A stretch of DNA of 64,000 nt from a virus, in IMG/VR virus record IMGVR_UViG_3300048837_000614, positions 21,920 through 85,919 of that record; one strand, given 5' to 3'. The notes under the pieces are model-generated. The model had not been told where the DNA came from, ran no database searches, and worked only from the letters and a program-made list of their open reading frames with translations. Positions 22,801 through 30,283 of the stretch are shown one piece after another (position 1 is the first letter of the stretch; every line of letters begins with the position of its first letter). The translations under genes and the position numbers were made by a program.

Positions 22801-25700
22801 TAGTCAACAAAAAACAAGAAGATGCAAGAAACAAAGAAGCTTTCGCAGACGCTAGAATTGAAGTTAAAAACATGATACTCAAAGAGGATTGGGCTGGTTT
22901 AGAAGCATACTTAAAAGACAAACCTGGTGAGAAGTTTAATATTGAAGAATTCAAACAAAGATTTTATGAAGAGTTCAACAAAACTAAAACTAAAGGTATT
23001 GCCAAATACAAAATGGAATGGCGTATGGAAGGACAAACTCCTACACCGTTTGAGAAGTTTATTGAAAGCGTTCCTTACATTGAACAACCTGGTGTTCGTG
23101 GTGAGTTCTTAAGAACAGTTATTTCTAATTTTGAAAAAGAGATTAGTGGAATCACTTATATTAAGAGTCACTATACAACGTTAGATCCAACGATGAGAGT
23201 TGATAAACCTGTAACATACAAGTATTACAACGACCATTTAGAAGATTACAATGGTAAATGGGTACCAAGTGATTACCGTAGGGATCATCCACAAAATCAA
23301 ACGATTAGAAAGAGTTATGATTACTTAAGAGCAAACGTTGATAAGACAAGAGATTTGTCACAGTATCAAGCTGGGTTTGAAGGAATGATTGCACCTTTTA
23401 GAAAAGGAAATAGTTATGACTATGAAAAACTATACTACGAATTAACTGAAGGTTATTTATCAAAGATTTACAAATTAACAATTATTACTGATATTTCCAA
23501 AGGTTCTACAGGTATGGGTAAACTGACCGAAGAACAAGAGATTGAAGCTTCTACAGAACGTAGAAACAAAGCGTTCCAAAAAGGTTTACAAAAGAAGATT
23601 GATAAACTTGAAAATAAGATTATCGAACTTCAAAAGTTAAACACTCCTGAAGCAAATCAACAGATTTCACAAATTAGATTACAAATCGATGATACCAAAA
23701 AAGTAGTATATCAAAAGAACAAGTATTACGACGAAGCCGAAATATCTAAATTGAGAAGAAGTGAGCCGATTTGGAAATCAGATCAAGAAGTATTTGGAAG
23801 TTCAATCATAAGAACTACAGACAAAAAAGGTAATGTAGTTGAAGAGAATATGTTAGATTGGATGGACAGTATTAAAGACACAGCACACCCAACCTTAAAG
23901 GTAATAGCTTTAGATGGCAACAAAGAAAATGCCATCAAACAACTCAAAGAGTTAGTTAAGATGAATAGAGAAAAAGGTTTACACCTTGGTTTCACATTAC
24001 TTCATGACATCTTAAAGACTGATGAAATGAGTTATTCTGGTTATATGTTGCCTAAACCTGTTGCTATGCTGCAGTCAAGTATTATTAAGTTTCAAAAGTT
24101 CATGATGTTAATGAACAATGGATTCATGGTTAGAAATATCTATGATGGTATGCTAAGAAATCATCAACTGATTTTAGGTAGTGATGATATCGTGAGTGAA
24201 AACTTTAGATTTGCTAAAGAGGCAGTTAGAAGTTGGAACTTGATTTTCCAATACAAAGCATACGCTAAAGCCCATGGTTTCCAAGTGAGAGAACTTAAAC
24301 ACTTCTTCGAAAGCGTTAAAGACTTTGAAAGTGGTCCATATGCGTTGCATGATTTACAAAAAGTTAGCACAGACTTTCAAGCGATGCTAACATTACAAAT
24401 AGATTCTCTTAAGAATTATTTGGGAAACATCATCAAAGATGAAAACCAAACAGCAACAAGACGTGCTAGTGACAACTTCACAGACCTATCAAGAATCATG
24501 AGAAGATTACAAGCAATCGTAGATACACTAAAAAATAACCCGGCAACAAAGTCACCAGAATATATTAAAGAGTTTAAATTGCAACTGAAAGATTTCTTTG
24601 AAGTCTATCAACAGGCTGGTTTCTTTAAGCAAGTTATTATGAATGCTAATGATAAGAGAATCAAATTAGATTTTAGTAATAATTCAGAAGATAACATCAA
24701 AAAAACTAAAGATAATCTTAACATGGTTAGACTTATCAATGAAATCGAAAAGTCTGGTATCATTTCGGATCAATACGAAATTACAGGTAAACAAGATGTT
24801 AAAGATATCTATAGAAACATCGATAAGATGTTAGATGATGAATTGATGAATGTCGGTTTAAACGATAGAATCGATAAGATTATGTCGCATCACCCTATCG
24901 CTATTGCAACAAACTATGTTGAACAGCATCAACGTGTCCATGGTGTCCTACTCGATATGTTCGTCAATGGTAAAACTAAAGATAGAGCCTTGGCTGAATC
25001 TTTAGGTAGATTCTTCAACTACGGTATGAAGGGTGCTTATGAAAAATCAGCAAGTGTTTACTTCCCGTTCATGAGCTTTGCCATTAGAAACTTAGATTAC
25101 TATTTGGACCTTATGGGCGACCAAAAGTATATGAGATTTATGACAAACGTAGCACAAGGTATGAATACCTGGTATGATGATGAAGATGAAGAAAACTTTA
25201 GATTTAGTCGTTCATTTAATGACTTTACTGAAAACCAAGGCTGGATACCTTTAGGTAAGAATTATGGAATTAAAATGGGCAACGCCATGTTTGATGCCAT
25301 GAGTTTGGTTGAGGATCCATTTCAAAGTGGATACCAAAAATTAAATCCTGTTTTACAACAGGCTAATAATCTTACCAAGGGTGAAGATTTTAATCCGAAA
25401 GCATTAGCTTCCGTTACACAATATAGCCGTATGGCTAGTGCGATAGGAACAATCGCTAAAGGACAAGGCATGAATATGCCACAGGATTTACCTGATTTAG
25501 TTCCATCTCTATTTTATAAACGTAGTGAATACACTCCGTATAAGTATAGAAGATATTCTACTGACTATAGAAATATTTATAGAAATCTATTCTTTAGTGA
25601 TGGAAGTCGTAGAGTCCCAAGTAAGAATCCGTTTACTACAGCTAAGAATATTCGTTATGAAGCCTATGTTCGTGCAAGATTAAATGCGAATATAAAATAG
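10851..25700 (+). CDS. Giant (4949 aa) putative virion protein containing a single-chain two-barrel DNA-dependent RNA polymerase
   Basis: Beta-like motifs RSALAANARRNAIEL, HNETVIM, GMKIIDRYSSKHG, DVIMSKRTVRKR, then beta'-like motifs GKQGKFRKEIIERR, VLLHRSPT, AIEVNP..ALNLDFDGD (DFDGD at 17238-17252). Hydrophobic G/A-rich N-terminus; last gene of the structural block. Confidence 0.85.
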   Translation: MAVARVDNPWVRNLTLAPSRVYATSPYRPYAGVFNNRVNVSTEQYQDNFIRALSPFSINDKNVINAIRKEYNIVDNGNYRMSSNVGFGVGAVAGVVASGVLYGSTITTLANAAIYGGMLSFNPVGWTAAAVGTVLAVAGTIMTSAELGRAIGASVGSREGSIAMSRYLANLGNSMVKRPTSTVLTVATIFATNWALNKTPLKSPIVRQGITMTAMRVVRPIADKLDDSLFGELSEVDQMSYTDLLSLQGDLADNFSGTSLVKGALAGVSGDEGKTKELIAKMYGRHEEGFDPLDFMDVREAWGIDIGTFGNGVIDILGEIVFDTDNSLNTIKNKTTTTISTSIKNQVVKKILSNENGDLFKRYFEKVETKNPDGTIKTEIKAKDTFKNEFQNKIIQRVVEKYLDDYKDPSTAKTAEERNAIFKENNEKLDHHIGDLYIYLYRKGLANIKEDSLKIVEAQKIIGEIKKEIQEGLEAHSGYMEKNVSNKTKYAKAVKTMIESQKEATKIVNQNFKNNVYNFDKAMLKEFQIHKADFDHNYITGLLKLHPAFYLYSEANNKNMRVLGYFTRPFQSAIASKPGRKVIQNVLNKIQRKYDPYKKITKVDEIMQYDNPITKEQQKEALEKLKQFDDVLKAQLNKFEEEKMRQTLGQAEIDKLLKELNDIEEFFATNKLTDAEKIKYEKFEARQKELTKKYAEAKAEAIKKMEVEDKKAYARYKKSLKTINDRYKQLIANAELVDKYMEMTKFEYVNKGVRQKMEVNKDTEQEVLDIIKELEAKKDLSGDERITLENAKFAYFLYMKEDLFKKGYQEITSNYNKVIKFIQNFETWFTENAFKLESLVLNTTIFSEVKQLQKEIRDIDAKPSKTQDELVLAEKERIKSRYEGLIKTVYANLENAEVFDKKTRDEIIKALEGDEMIELPIFYATNFFSGIKLFEQDKSFFLNNRALFDEFNKRILEDETQDLLDRLKDSIIRKSKTKFEFKQKTEFINNKELLIKKIQKILLDLNTKEDPDNPGSKLLSDENYELLKQNIEGVATSLINTNRSMQVDPTTLRKNNMYSKRFSELSQNDILDYAFRLATKNNEFLGTESKMIDNVLKNLDHSIKQLLQVVKESNNGKLNFLEGFINESIRRQMYKINSSKIINAISAKYLRVGQSKNYFLNPEVEGKKIKALSEKALKKISNKKYKFETTDKDVIKQGIAAEFLESFKGTPMYDLLIKMGFEKIINDNVSVIDKEEVKPKKVKKRGKSQEEKDFEERGLTYTRLVDGIVKDIEIKTGKVLDNEARKKISQAVAKAINDQIGLVKSEYEIKRMESAGSKKVFDDVFMNKLAESFFGKLVDVENLSSILRGNKSLPKTKIDMTKPDPESGVKGNPYRNAIINFMLNNEPTVENIMKLKLQPFGTYLNFDGKAVSLESIVQIGEENLVGAWAEKYRSDFSEKNEYGEPINDPLVFEFFRGIDVTKESNEGYERHVDASFNLPNSLRNKKGLQNLKDEDFVEVKDDFESDGTIANDFIRVFKESDYGHNFKKIAIHKGQFVFDDVIRGKTVTNDIIVIRITTTGNKSYDFYVPREIIKTYGDQKIATYKVNNNEYMRVMIEGEDEKSLAYLDNISKAIEKDFINRKMISDEFKQKFEPFSVQKEIFRLFSKQRNIGDTHELITDFVYLDPDKTDYEKLVYSLMRRLDEGKRKNLTKNKAFRDDYKKNGYYFDYTQSDPKVVVKGIKLNSGEFQSITRIFSPLGIFTGRAERSALAANARRNAIELDTNELPFLSSLFIQQNPELSQFEKGGFNARVYLKDTYLDNGSSTHNETVIMREGFARQKFIKNGVPMDLSNGMKIIDRYSSKHGVRIVSEDEWKEMFKGDDKALNSDVIMSKRTVRKRTLWNVEAELAMNGLDGTRKYIDSEMKGKTDEEKLEYLKSETKDGNLEGDHGYLYMFLTDDLSDNNGRGYKVAGDNDSSNGAKISIEEWQMFSALREITYAENGSRQPIDPNGELFDFLWKRTKTPESELRESIYGNVNATTGKQGKFRKEIIERRMPNSAYAKAISNTKLAKNEIGIPRAMAESMGIIVKIEDGSYSNTTSSSQYVLLHRSPTQGRRSFVYAKVKILDDVKGMVNKAIEVNPAFEEALNLDFDGDGVSIFSLKDATPDILKIAETAFSHSYKEKTNYSDYTLRNEYGIKHKDVDMKTEKDFDINRDKKDILNEEAKPKGYKPSFVSEDQWDNVMLNQKTLKDYSGLFKNIFDADYQDYISSKENMDWFNKTFKTEDISNVKFESFYALTTLAYDFYSQKTFDFSKHSRPGEKESFDAIYSIIKKKGGETFENHIRKLVKVLMFDITNTQKKNSKIELINKRKDISDSEKSRLSDIEVQKYLYKLREFLKEVSREEQRLGKTKPEIIKEAETKEIEGEKVKPEEELPKQFEEADNQLLRDINKILKDNGLEETTMDQLGAFKSDKLLSITGAFDQNEIKHFNLNDWNLDLKGVNQVFSFMLKMNQDIAKAAKRKMKTNDKVLEPFHKAFTTYIRQVIQSFYQDPDVLKNLYLIKIVEINGEEVPEKISFLELINVFGLKPDGKSKRSIATFKNINPAITKMDSIGVNKDVLRLDDKRLRSFYISNESAFESPKLNRLTNELFTKVHNNIRKTLNNMGLGGTPVFSPLLHNKLLFKQNVFDSMYQALMSNEEDKSILVDILRDMGDEDSINELKEIFKPFFMFQTVAQFLSGDKRTNFIKYLYQVEGIFDDTIKTVIPEKKTGALVKNLIRWNLMKTGEPYEDFGNEIKVLLNTNDDKVVDEIVEIYYQMRNGLLDKDTYGSMSQFDKMDREFKLDLLVKIHEIKNGKFVEKFGSKYGITQEDLREKTENFEIDDKVMAKFFRIYDYAFDTIEGTFDIKNRQRITSALEKEKINFGLVSNVIKNANYELSKLVANTITIQNSKGEAEDVNPYPFRSLLHPNNIEENSIILMNANKNKMAKNLTERFYRLVMKAFNKEGADSEMTKEIQKISNDLKAGNDIMSLYLFEGKDIGSFIKLLNDLINNQQTFTIPLTDRIFKYFLHFNEMSKVMGFDKKIMPGTIDAYYRDIKGSNVVDSEGNIKMNNIYRIMFFDYVYGEGMQINARNNTPEFQEAFNNLVSYFDKNPNMNTFGLHPHAFVETFFGKMLFEQRVESEKHTIKEDPKPIQEKLIEYYKDRIKELEVLSKNRDSTSNEYLKAMEEATEKGETLDLSQITIDPVKQQEILDAYKKYLSVELLEEKIVDDKVSNVFDTFEWSKYIGQEGVEFNTKNLFNIYAQLIGKKEFPQEEIVKLTEELSQEIIRDNTNANFKFKGNKKIHTALIDAQLNLKVMDLIVREFEKNEGRYKDYQELKTLINDFKDPSKKKNFAIIDSENLVSGNDYNRIYEISYITFDDNGKPLYHQHYLKYDIDKRTENWLKKMGYSDKEIQIIKDNMKNIADPDYNKKIYEQVFADLKGKNLIGQSVKSQGDTPGDIGKLNYEYQQILKNDVRKTIKKHNEKEQEFLDNIKESSMKDLMKNVDSTELNSTAQADMMMKVLIDIVKEDLNEKILPQGVEKIDNEQFNTHISKTSELMRVFIEENNQDILKLRMEEILEIDEMPKEVFDAILKKFEDKFNELKGENNDGVLVMKWPRIVKTEDGVRVEFLEVDEKEIVGKNEEFLVKKVRFDSDDVRANYLFRSRAFYEIIKEVKDMIIIRGIPHEHLGKTVQRTITLNQYEMLNRKIVRLQGKLDDKNLKVKKHLDDATKFMMEGNEVEYLVSMNKAIKEYEKTNSKMDAFTDIDLETDSNKVDLFLKEQVEKNTGQMANIPMWRVEQHFADMISKFYKDTLASKRTIEEKEQDYKYIAKIEDIITALEYEDMNTLDFKRFADIVGLNEYGDFGREIHTQLMETYEDYKKNGIPFFYAGSDKPYSTLEYKEDGENLFKKMAFYAILNPRSDDKKTLGSFLKMIISEEGVREYKRYDIDETKQTEIDKVKSKLVNKKQEDARNKEAFADARIEVKNMILKEDWAGLEAYLKDKPGEKFNIEEFKQRFYEEFNKTKTKGIAKYKMEWRMEGQTPTPFEKFIESVPYIEQPGVRGEFLRTVISNFEKEISGITYIKSHYTTLDPTMRVDKPVTYKYYNDHLEDYNGKWVPSDYRRDHPQNQTIRKSYDYLRANVDKTRDLSQYQAGFEGMIAPFRKGNSYDYEKLYYELTEGYLSKIYKLTIITDISKGSTGMGKLTEEQEIEASTERRNKAFQKGLQKKIDKLENKIIELQKLNTPEANQQISQIRLQIDDTKKVVYQKNKYYDEAEISKLRRSEPIWKSDQEVFGSSIIRTTDKKGNVVEENMLDWMDSIKDTAHPTLKVIALDGNKENAIKQLKELVKMNREKGLHLGFTLLHDILKTDEMSYSGYMLPKPVAMLQSSIIKFQKFMMLMNNGFMVRNIYDGMLRNHQLILGSDDIVSENFRFAKEAVRSWNLIFQYKAYAKAHGFQVRELKHFFESVKDFESGPYALHDLQKVSTDFQAMLTLQIDSLKNYLGNIIKDENQTATRRASDNFTDLSRIMRRLQAIVDTLKNNPATKSPEYIKEFKLQLKDFFEVYQQAGFFKQVIMNANDKRIKLDFSNNSEDNIKKTKDNLNMVRLINEIEKSGIISDQYEITGKQDVKDIYRNIDKMLDDELMNVGLNDRIDKIMSHHPIAIATNYVEQHQRVHGVLLDMFVNGKTKDRALAESLGRFFNYGMKGAYEKSASVYFPFMSFAIRNLDYYLDLMGDQKYMRFMTNVAQGMNTWYDDEDEENFRFSRSFNDFTENQGWIPLGKNYGIKMGNAMFDAMSLVEDPFQSGYQKLNPVLQQANNLTKGEDFNPKALASVTQYSRMASAIGTIAKGQGMNMPQDLPDLVPSLFYKRSEYTPYKYRRYSTDYRNIYRNLFFSDGSRRVPSKNPFTTAKNIRYEAYVRARLNANIK

Positions 25701-25781
25701 CCGTTTTAAAGAGTTTTAAGTCTAACGTGAACACCTATAAGGGTTATACAATAAAAATTGAATACAGGCTAAAATTAGCCT

Positions 25782-25818
25782 AAAAAAAAGGGTAATGCCG
25801 TTAAGCACTACCCTTTAT
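25782..25818 (-). terminator. Rho-independent terminator at the convergence of the two blocks, possibly bidirectional
   Basis: Minus strand AGGGTAGTGC-TTAACG-GCATTACCC followed by T8. Confidence 0.8.
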
Positions 25819-26019
25819 TTATTCACCTTGATTACAGTGGTAACGAATGTTAGTTCTAACTTCGTTATATTTAGTTGAAGTAACGATTACAGAATCTCCT
25901 TCTCTTTCGTTAAGAATGATAACTGCATTATCATCTATACCTGGATAAACTTGAGAAATCTTCTCAATATTTACAAGAACTCTTTTTCCTTCTTCAACAA
26001 CCTCAATGAACTTTGTCAT
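25819..26019 (-). CDS. Small hypothetical protein (FlbD-like pattern)
   Basis: GGAG RBS, ATGA overlap; VLVNIEKISQV pattern. Confidence 0.6.
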   Translation of the reverse strand: MTKFIEVVEEGKRVLVNIEKISQVYPGIDDNAVIILNEREGDSVIVTSTKYNEVRTNIRYHCNQGE

Positions 26020-26222
26020 TTGTTTTCTCCTGTCTTATTTGTATAACATTCTTTTTTACAGTCTGCTATCATCGCTTTAAAATCTCTTCTTGTTAATCTT
26101 GTTTCGCCACCTGCAAAGAAACCGTTATATTGATGAACTCTATACTCTTTTTTTACGTGGTCTATCGTAAGATAATCGTTAGCACCATACATATTAGCTT
26201 TTGTTTTAAATACTTGTATCAT
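26016..26222 (-). CDS. Hypothetical protein
   Basis: GAGGTGG RBS; tightly packed operon. Confidence 0.65.
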   Translation of the reverse strand: MIQVFKTKANMYGANDYLTIDHVKKEYRVHQYNGFFAGGETRLTRRDFKAMIADCKKECYTNKTGENK

Positions 26223-26484
26223 CTGATTCCACCTCTTCCACTAAATCTAATTCAACTAAATCTTCAATATCTTCTGGGTTTAATTCTTCAGGTAGAGAAC
26301 CATGTGCTGAATATTGAATTACTCTTTTTCCATATTCACATTCTTCCAAAGGGATTATTATTTCATATTGGCTTGTTGACTTAAGGTATTGTTCGTGGTA
26401 AAACCTTTCATCTGGCATATAGTGTTTATAACCACACTTCTTCATTTGTTTCTTTGTTGCTTTTTCTTTTAATTTGTATATCAT
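26206..26484 (-). CDS. Hypothetical protein
   Basis: Start moved to MIYKLK, which follows a GGAGG RBS. Confidence 0.6.
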   Translation of the reverse strand: MIYKLKEKATKKQMKKCGYKHYMPDERFYHEQYLKSTSQYEIIIPLEECEYGKRVIQYSAHGSLPEELNPEDIEDLVELDLVEEVESDDTSI

Positions 26485-26485
26485 A

Positions 26486-26869
26486 TTAGTCCTCCCAAGT
26501 AGTCCAATAACTATCACCATTTCCATCATCATATAATTCAAGATATTCTTCTTGAGTCATATGTCCATGTAAGCAATCATCTGAACAATAATACTCTTCT
26601 CCACTGTTGATGCAATAGCCTTCTGACATTTCTTTTCCACAATGAGAACAAATTCTTTTTTCTTCTAAATCTGTCTCAATTAATTTAATTACGTGTGAAC
26701 TTCTAAATATACATGAGCAACATATGTTATTATCGTCTACCAAGTGATACAGTTTATCTTGATAAAAATAACCATTTCCTTTAACAAGAGTTCCTCTTAT
26801 TTTTTCTTTATCAAAAAGCGTTATTTCTACTTTTTTTCTTAAATATTTTTCTAACAAATCTCTTTTCAT
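26486..26869 (-). CDS. Hypothetical protein with Sm-like N-terminus and C-terminal Cys4 zinc finger
   Basis: KKVEITLFDKEKIRGTL; CSHCG...YCSDDC. Confidence 0.55.
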   Translation of the reverse strand: MKRDLLEKYLRKKVEITLFDKEKIRGTLVKGNGYFYQDKLYHLVDDNNICCSCIFRSSHVIKLIETDLEEKRICSHCGKEMSEGYCINSGEEYYCSDDCLHGHMTQEEYLELYDDGNGDSYWTTWED

Positions 26870-27016
26870 TCTTATCCCTCTATTCTTATATCGGTTATCA
26901 TGTAACCTAAATATTCTAATTCATCAATTAAATCATAAAAATCGTCCGTACCGATTTCCTCAAAGACTGTAGGGTATTCTTCTTTTGTGATTGTGTTTAC
27001 TATTGTGAAAAAACCC

Positions 27017-27367
27017 TTAACTGTTCTGTTTTTTAGAAACATTTCCATTTTTACAAATACTTTTAACTAAATGGTTATAGCGAATCGATCTTGCTTGTTT
27101 AATCATTAAGTCGAGCTTTCTCTCTATGAAGTTAAAGTTTGTGGTTCTACGGACAACTTTAGTTTTAACTTCTGAATTGTAGTGGTCGCTAATGCGATAC
27201 TTTATTCTAATGTGATTATCTTGAGCCATTGTCATTACAGTCATGTAAATACTGTTAGATGAATTTGATTTAGATAATTTAAACCTCACATCATTATACT
27301 TTGGGTTATTTCTTTTTGAGTTAATTAGTCCTTCAATTCTTTTGTATAACTGTTCTTGTATAATCAT
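27017..27367 (-). CDS. Hypothetical protein
   Basis: GAGG RBS, ATGA overlap; RISDH motif. Confidence 0.65.
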   Translation of the reverse strand: MIIQEQLYKRIEGLINSKRNNPKYNDVRFKLSKSNSSNSIYMTVMTMAQDNHIRIKYRISDHYNSEVKTKVVRRTTNFNFIERKLDLMIKQARSIRYNHLVKSICKNGNVSKKQNS

Positions 27368-27627
27368 ATCTTCTTCCTCAGTTCATAGTTTTTAACTTCG
27401 TTGTCCAAAACGGCTTGTATTCCATAAAACATCATATTAGGCAAGTCTTCTGAATAGATATTGTCGTTATTTGCGAATTGCCATTTATGTAGTAATGCTC
27501 TGTAATATATTTCATTTAAGTGTATTTGATAATCTTCAACTTTTTGTTTGGATAATAAAATTTCTCTTCTTTCAAATAAAATACATTCTTGAAGTTGTTT
27601 TGTTGTTTTAATATCTGTTATAGGCAT
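27364..27627 (-). CDS. Hypothetical protein
   Basis: Start probably MPITD, after a purine-rich leader. Confidence 0.55.
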   Translation of the reverse strand: MPITDIKTTKQLQECILFERREILLSKQKVEDYQIHLNEIYYRALLHKWQFANNDNIYSEDLPNMMFYGIQAVLDNEVKNYELRKKI

Positions 27628-27692
27628 TTTTTTCTCTCTTTCCTTATACGACATATTTGTCTTACATAATATATATTTCATATATATTTATT

Positions 27693-27729
27693 AAAAGGGA
27701 AATAACTTGGTAGTTATTTTCCCTTTTTT
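27693..27729 (-). terminator. Terminator-like hairpin
   Basis: AAAAGGGAAATAAT-like arm AAAAGGGAAATAAC pairs with GTTATTTTCCCTTTT; A/T-runs on both sides. Confidence 0.65.
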
Positions 27730-27734
27730 AGTAA

Positions 27735-27914
27735 CTACTCTTCTTCTGTATTAACTGCTTCGTAAATCATTTCACAACAATCTTGATAATCTTTTTCAGA
27801 TGTGTTTTGACTAAGTTGCCAAAGAGCTTCAAGTGCATAACTTTTTAATTCTTCTTTTGACATATTGTGATATTCATTTGCAATATGATCGTATAATCTT
27901 TTTTTAATTTCCAC
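27735..27914 (-). CDS. Hypothetical protein
   Basis: Probable GTG start (VEIKK) after GGAGAAGG. Confidence 0.5.
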   Translation of the reverse strand: MEIKKRLYDHIANEYHNMSKEELKSYALEALWQLSQNTSEKDYQDCCEMIYEAVNTEEE

Positions 27915-28179
27915 TTTGCACCTTCTCCATTTTTTCAAAATAATAAGTCTTATCCGATAATTTAAAATACTTTTCATTGTAGTTTCTTATAAATGTTTTA
28001 GTAATTGAAATCTTAAAATCTTTTTCTACGATTGCATTTTCAATTTCAGTATTGCAAAAGCCATAGAAACGTAAATCTCCAAACTTACCTTTTAATGGTA
28101 TTTTTTTATGTAAAACCTTGTCCGAAATTTCTTTTTTTGTGAGCCATTCTCTGTTAAATTGATACCTTTTCTGTTCCAT
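27904..28179 (-). CDS. Hypothetical protein
   Basis: ORF in packed operon. Confidence 0.55.
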   Translation of the reverse strand: MEQKRYQFNREWLTKKEISDKVLHKKIPLKGKFGDLRFYGFCNTEIENAIVEKDFKISITKTFIRNYNEKYFKLSDKTYYFEKMEKVQSGN

Positions 28180-28519
28180 TTTCTTCTACCATGGGTATGC
28201 TGTTTTTATACAGTCCCCAACCTTCGTTTATTTTTGTGTTGTCCATATTTAAATAATATCCTGTTTCGTCCATAAAATAGTAGTTCAAATGTTCTTCAAC
28301 AAAGTCTGATTTATGCCCCCAATCTTTAGATTCTGGGTAATCAGCACACATTTCGTTTATTTTTTCTTCGCTATAATCGAAACCTAAAATACTATAATCT
28401 TCTTTTTTAGCTCTTTCTACTGCTTTATATAGTGCTTCAATTTCTGATTCTGCTTCAACTTCAAACGGAAATAAAATATATCCAGCACCAGGCCATAAAC
28501 ATACTGTGAATTTTTCCAT
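28154..28519 (-). CDS. Hypothetical protein
   Basis: AGGAG RBS; packed operon. Confidence 0.65.
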   Translation of the reverse strand: MEKFTVCLWPGAGYILFPFEVEAESEIEALYKAVERAKKEDYSILGFDYSEEKINEMCADYPESKDWGHKSDFVEEHLNYYFMDETGYYLNMDNTKINEGWGLYKNSIPMVEENGTEKVSI

Positions 28520-28520
28520 A

Positions 28521-28754
28521 TTACCACTCCTTAAGATATTCTAATAATTCTTTTATCTTTTCTTCTTCTTGTTCAAAAAGAATAGGCTCTTCATTTCCCA
28601 TAATGAATGTTATAAACATAAAATCTTTTCCTATTTTTTCTTCCTCTATGAAGTTTGAAATTACATCTGTGTCCATTATAGTTGTACAGTTATAGACATT
28701 AAATGTCCATCTCATAGAAACTAACTGTAAAATTAACTTTTCAAATAGACTCAT
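28521..28754 (-). CDS. Hypothetical protein
   Basis: TAATG stop/start coupling. Confidence 0.6.
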   Translation of the reverse strand: MSLFEKLILQLVSMRWTFNVYNCTTIMDTDVISNFIEEEKIGKDFMFITFIMGNEEPILFEQEEEKIKELLEYLKEW

Positions 28755-29242
28755 TATTTTACTTCCTTTTCTGGATAAAACTTATCACCACAACCGTTAT
28801 TGTCCACCTCTTCCCAAAAGCCGTCTAAGACGCTTAATTTTTTGTTAAGACACTTTACTTCATACTCAACAAAACCGTTGCTATACGTGATTTTTCGTGC
28901 CTTTCCTGCTGAGTATTGGTCGTATTCGTGTGCGTAATATTCACCATTAACAAAATTTCCTTTTTTTGCTGTGACTAATTGGATGTTTCTAATTTCTTTT
29001 TCTGTTTTTTCAATAATGGGTCTTTCTTCTTTTTTAACAGCTTCCAATAACTTCTTTTCTGTTAGTATTTTTTTATAGTGTTCTAAAATTTCTTTTGGTT
29101 TAGCAGCTTGGAAAACCTTTTTAATTACTGACTCTGGGATTTCATAGAAAGCATTTGATATTATAGGTATAATTGTTTCCTTATCTTCTTGTCCTTCTTT
29201 TTTAAACTTGTAAACTTCCTCATAATAAATGTATAATTTCAT
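28754..29242 (-). CDS. Hypothetical protein
   Basis: GGGGAG RBS; packed operon. Confidence 0.65.
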   Translation of the reverse strand: MKLYIYYEEVYKFKKEGQEDKETIIPIISNAFYEIPESVIKKVFQAAKPKEILEHYKKILTEKKLLEAVKKEERPIIEKTEKEIRNIQLVTAKKGNFVNGEYYAHEYDQYSAGKARKITYSNGFVEYEVKCLNKKLSVLDGFWEEVDNNGCGDKFYPEKEVK

Positions 29243-29243
29243 T

Positions 29244-29684
29244 TTAATCTCCCCAGTTTATTGGTGGCACAGGAACATCTTCTACTCTCGCTAAATACCA
29301 CTTTTCTTTTTCATAAATTAGTTTCCAAATTTGTTTGTAGTTTTGTGCGTAATATTGTAGTTGAGTTTGTTTTGGTTGATAGTTTTTAGGGAAACCTATT
29401 TCCATCTCTTTTAACTTCAACATTGATTCCACTAATGTTCCAATCAATTCAGCTTCTTCTTGCTTCTTTTTTAAATCGTCATGTGAATAGAATACGCCGT
29501 ATTGAACAACACCCATTTTTCCATTTCTTGTTTCTATCTTTAATTTCTTTGCCTCTAAGTCCATTCTTGTTGATTTTAATTCGATAAACTTTAAGTCTAA
29601 TAATTCACTTAATGCCACTAAATGGTAGTAGTCAAAGTTATCTACGATTTCCTGTTTTGTTATTTCTTTTTTAACTTGATACAT
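29244..29684 (-). CDS. Hypothetical protein
   Basis: GAGGA RBS; packed operon. Confidence 0.65.
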   Translation of the reverse strand: MYQVKKEITKQEIVDNFDYYHLVALSELLDLKFIELKSTRMDLEAKKLKIETRNGKMGVVQYGVFYSHDDLKKKQEEAELIGTLVESMLKLKEMEIGFPKNYQPKQTQLQYYAQNYKQIWKLIYEKEKWYLARVEDVPVPPINWGD

Positions 29685-29976
29685 TTAGATTCAGTCCTCT
29701 CTTTCGGTAATTTAACATTTGGTTGTTTCTTTGTTCAAAGCCCTCTATTGAAACTTTAATTGTTTCTTTTAATGTTTTCTTTGCATACGTGTATGAATAC
29801 TCTTTTCCGTTTTCGTATACGAAACTAACCACACCTATATAATTAATTATGTTTCTTTTTGTCTTACTGCTTTTCATCGAAAACTTTTTGATTACAAGTT
29901 TAGCTTGATCTTTAACTTCAACTTGAGTTAAATCTTTTGGAAATCTTTTCATTTCCTTTAGTTCGTTAATTGTCAT
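29671..29976 (-). CDS. Hypothetical protein
   Basis: Start moved to MTINEL, after AAGGAG. Confidence 0.6.
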   Translation of the reverse strand: MTINELKEMKRFPKDLTQVEVKDQAKLVIKKFSMKSSKTKRNIINYIGVVSFVYENGKEYSYTYAKKTLKETIKVSIEGFEQRNNQMLNYRKRGLNLNVSS

Positions 29977-30283
29977 TTTCTTTCTCCTTTTGAGGTTTAT
30001 ATTTACTTCCGTGTGGAAATAAAAACGGTGTGTTTGATATTTTTTCAACTCCACCTAACATTAAAAACTCACCAAATTCATTTCTTTTGTATACAAGTTC
30101 TACTGCTTCGAAATCTAAAACTTCTAAGACATATTCTGGATTTATTGTGTCTAAAATAAAACCACCTTTTGTAGATACTCTTAATTCAAATTCGTCTTTT
30201 CTTTGGTTGAAGTGTTTTACTACTGCATTTCTTTTTGTTTCTTGAAAGTGTAAACCTATTTTCACATACGTTTCATATTTCAT
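29966..30283 (-). CDS. Hypothetical protein
   Basis: AGGAG RBS, ATGA overlap. Confidence 0.65.
   Translation of the reverse strand: MKYETYVKIGLHFQETKRNAVVKHFNQRKDEFELRVSTKGGFILDTINPEYVLEVLDFEAVELVYKRNEFGEFLMLGGVEKISNTPFLFPHGSKYKPQKEKENDN

Noticed and set aside
11192-24370. Many short antisense or alternate-frame ORFs inside the giant gene and other long genes
   Set aside because: Shadow ORFs of real genes with S/F/L-rich antisense composition.
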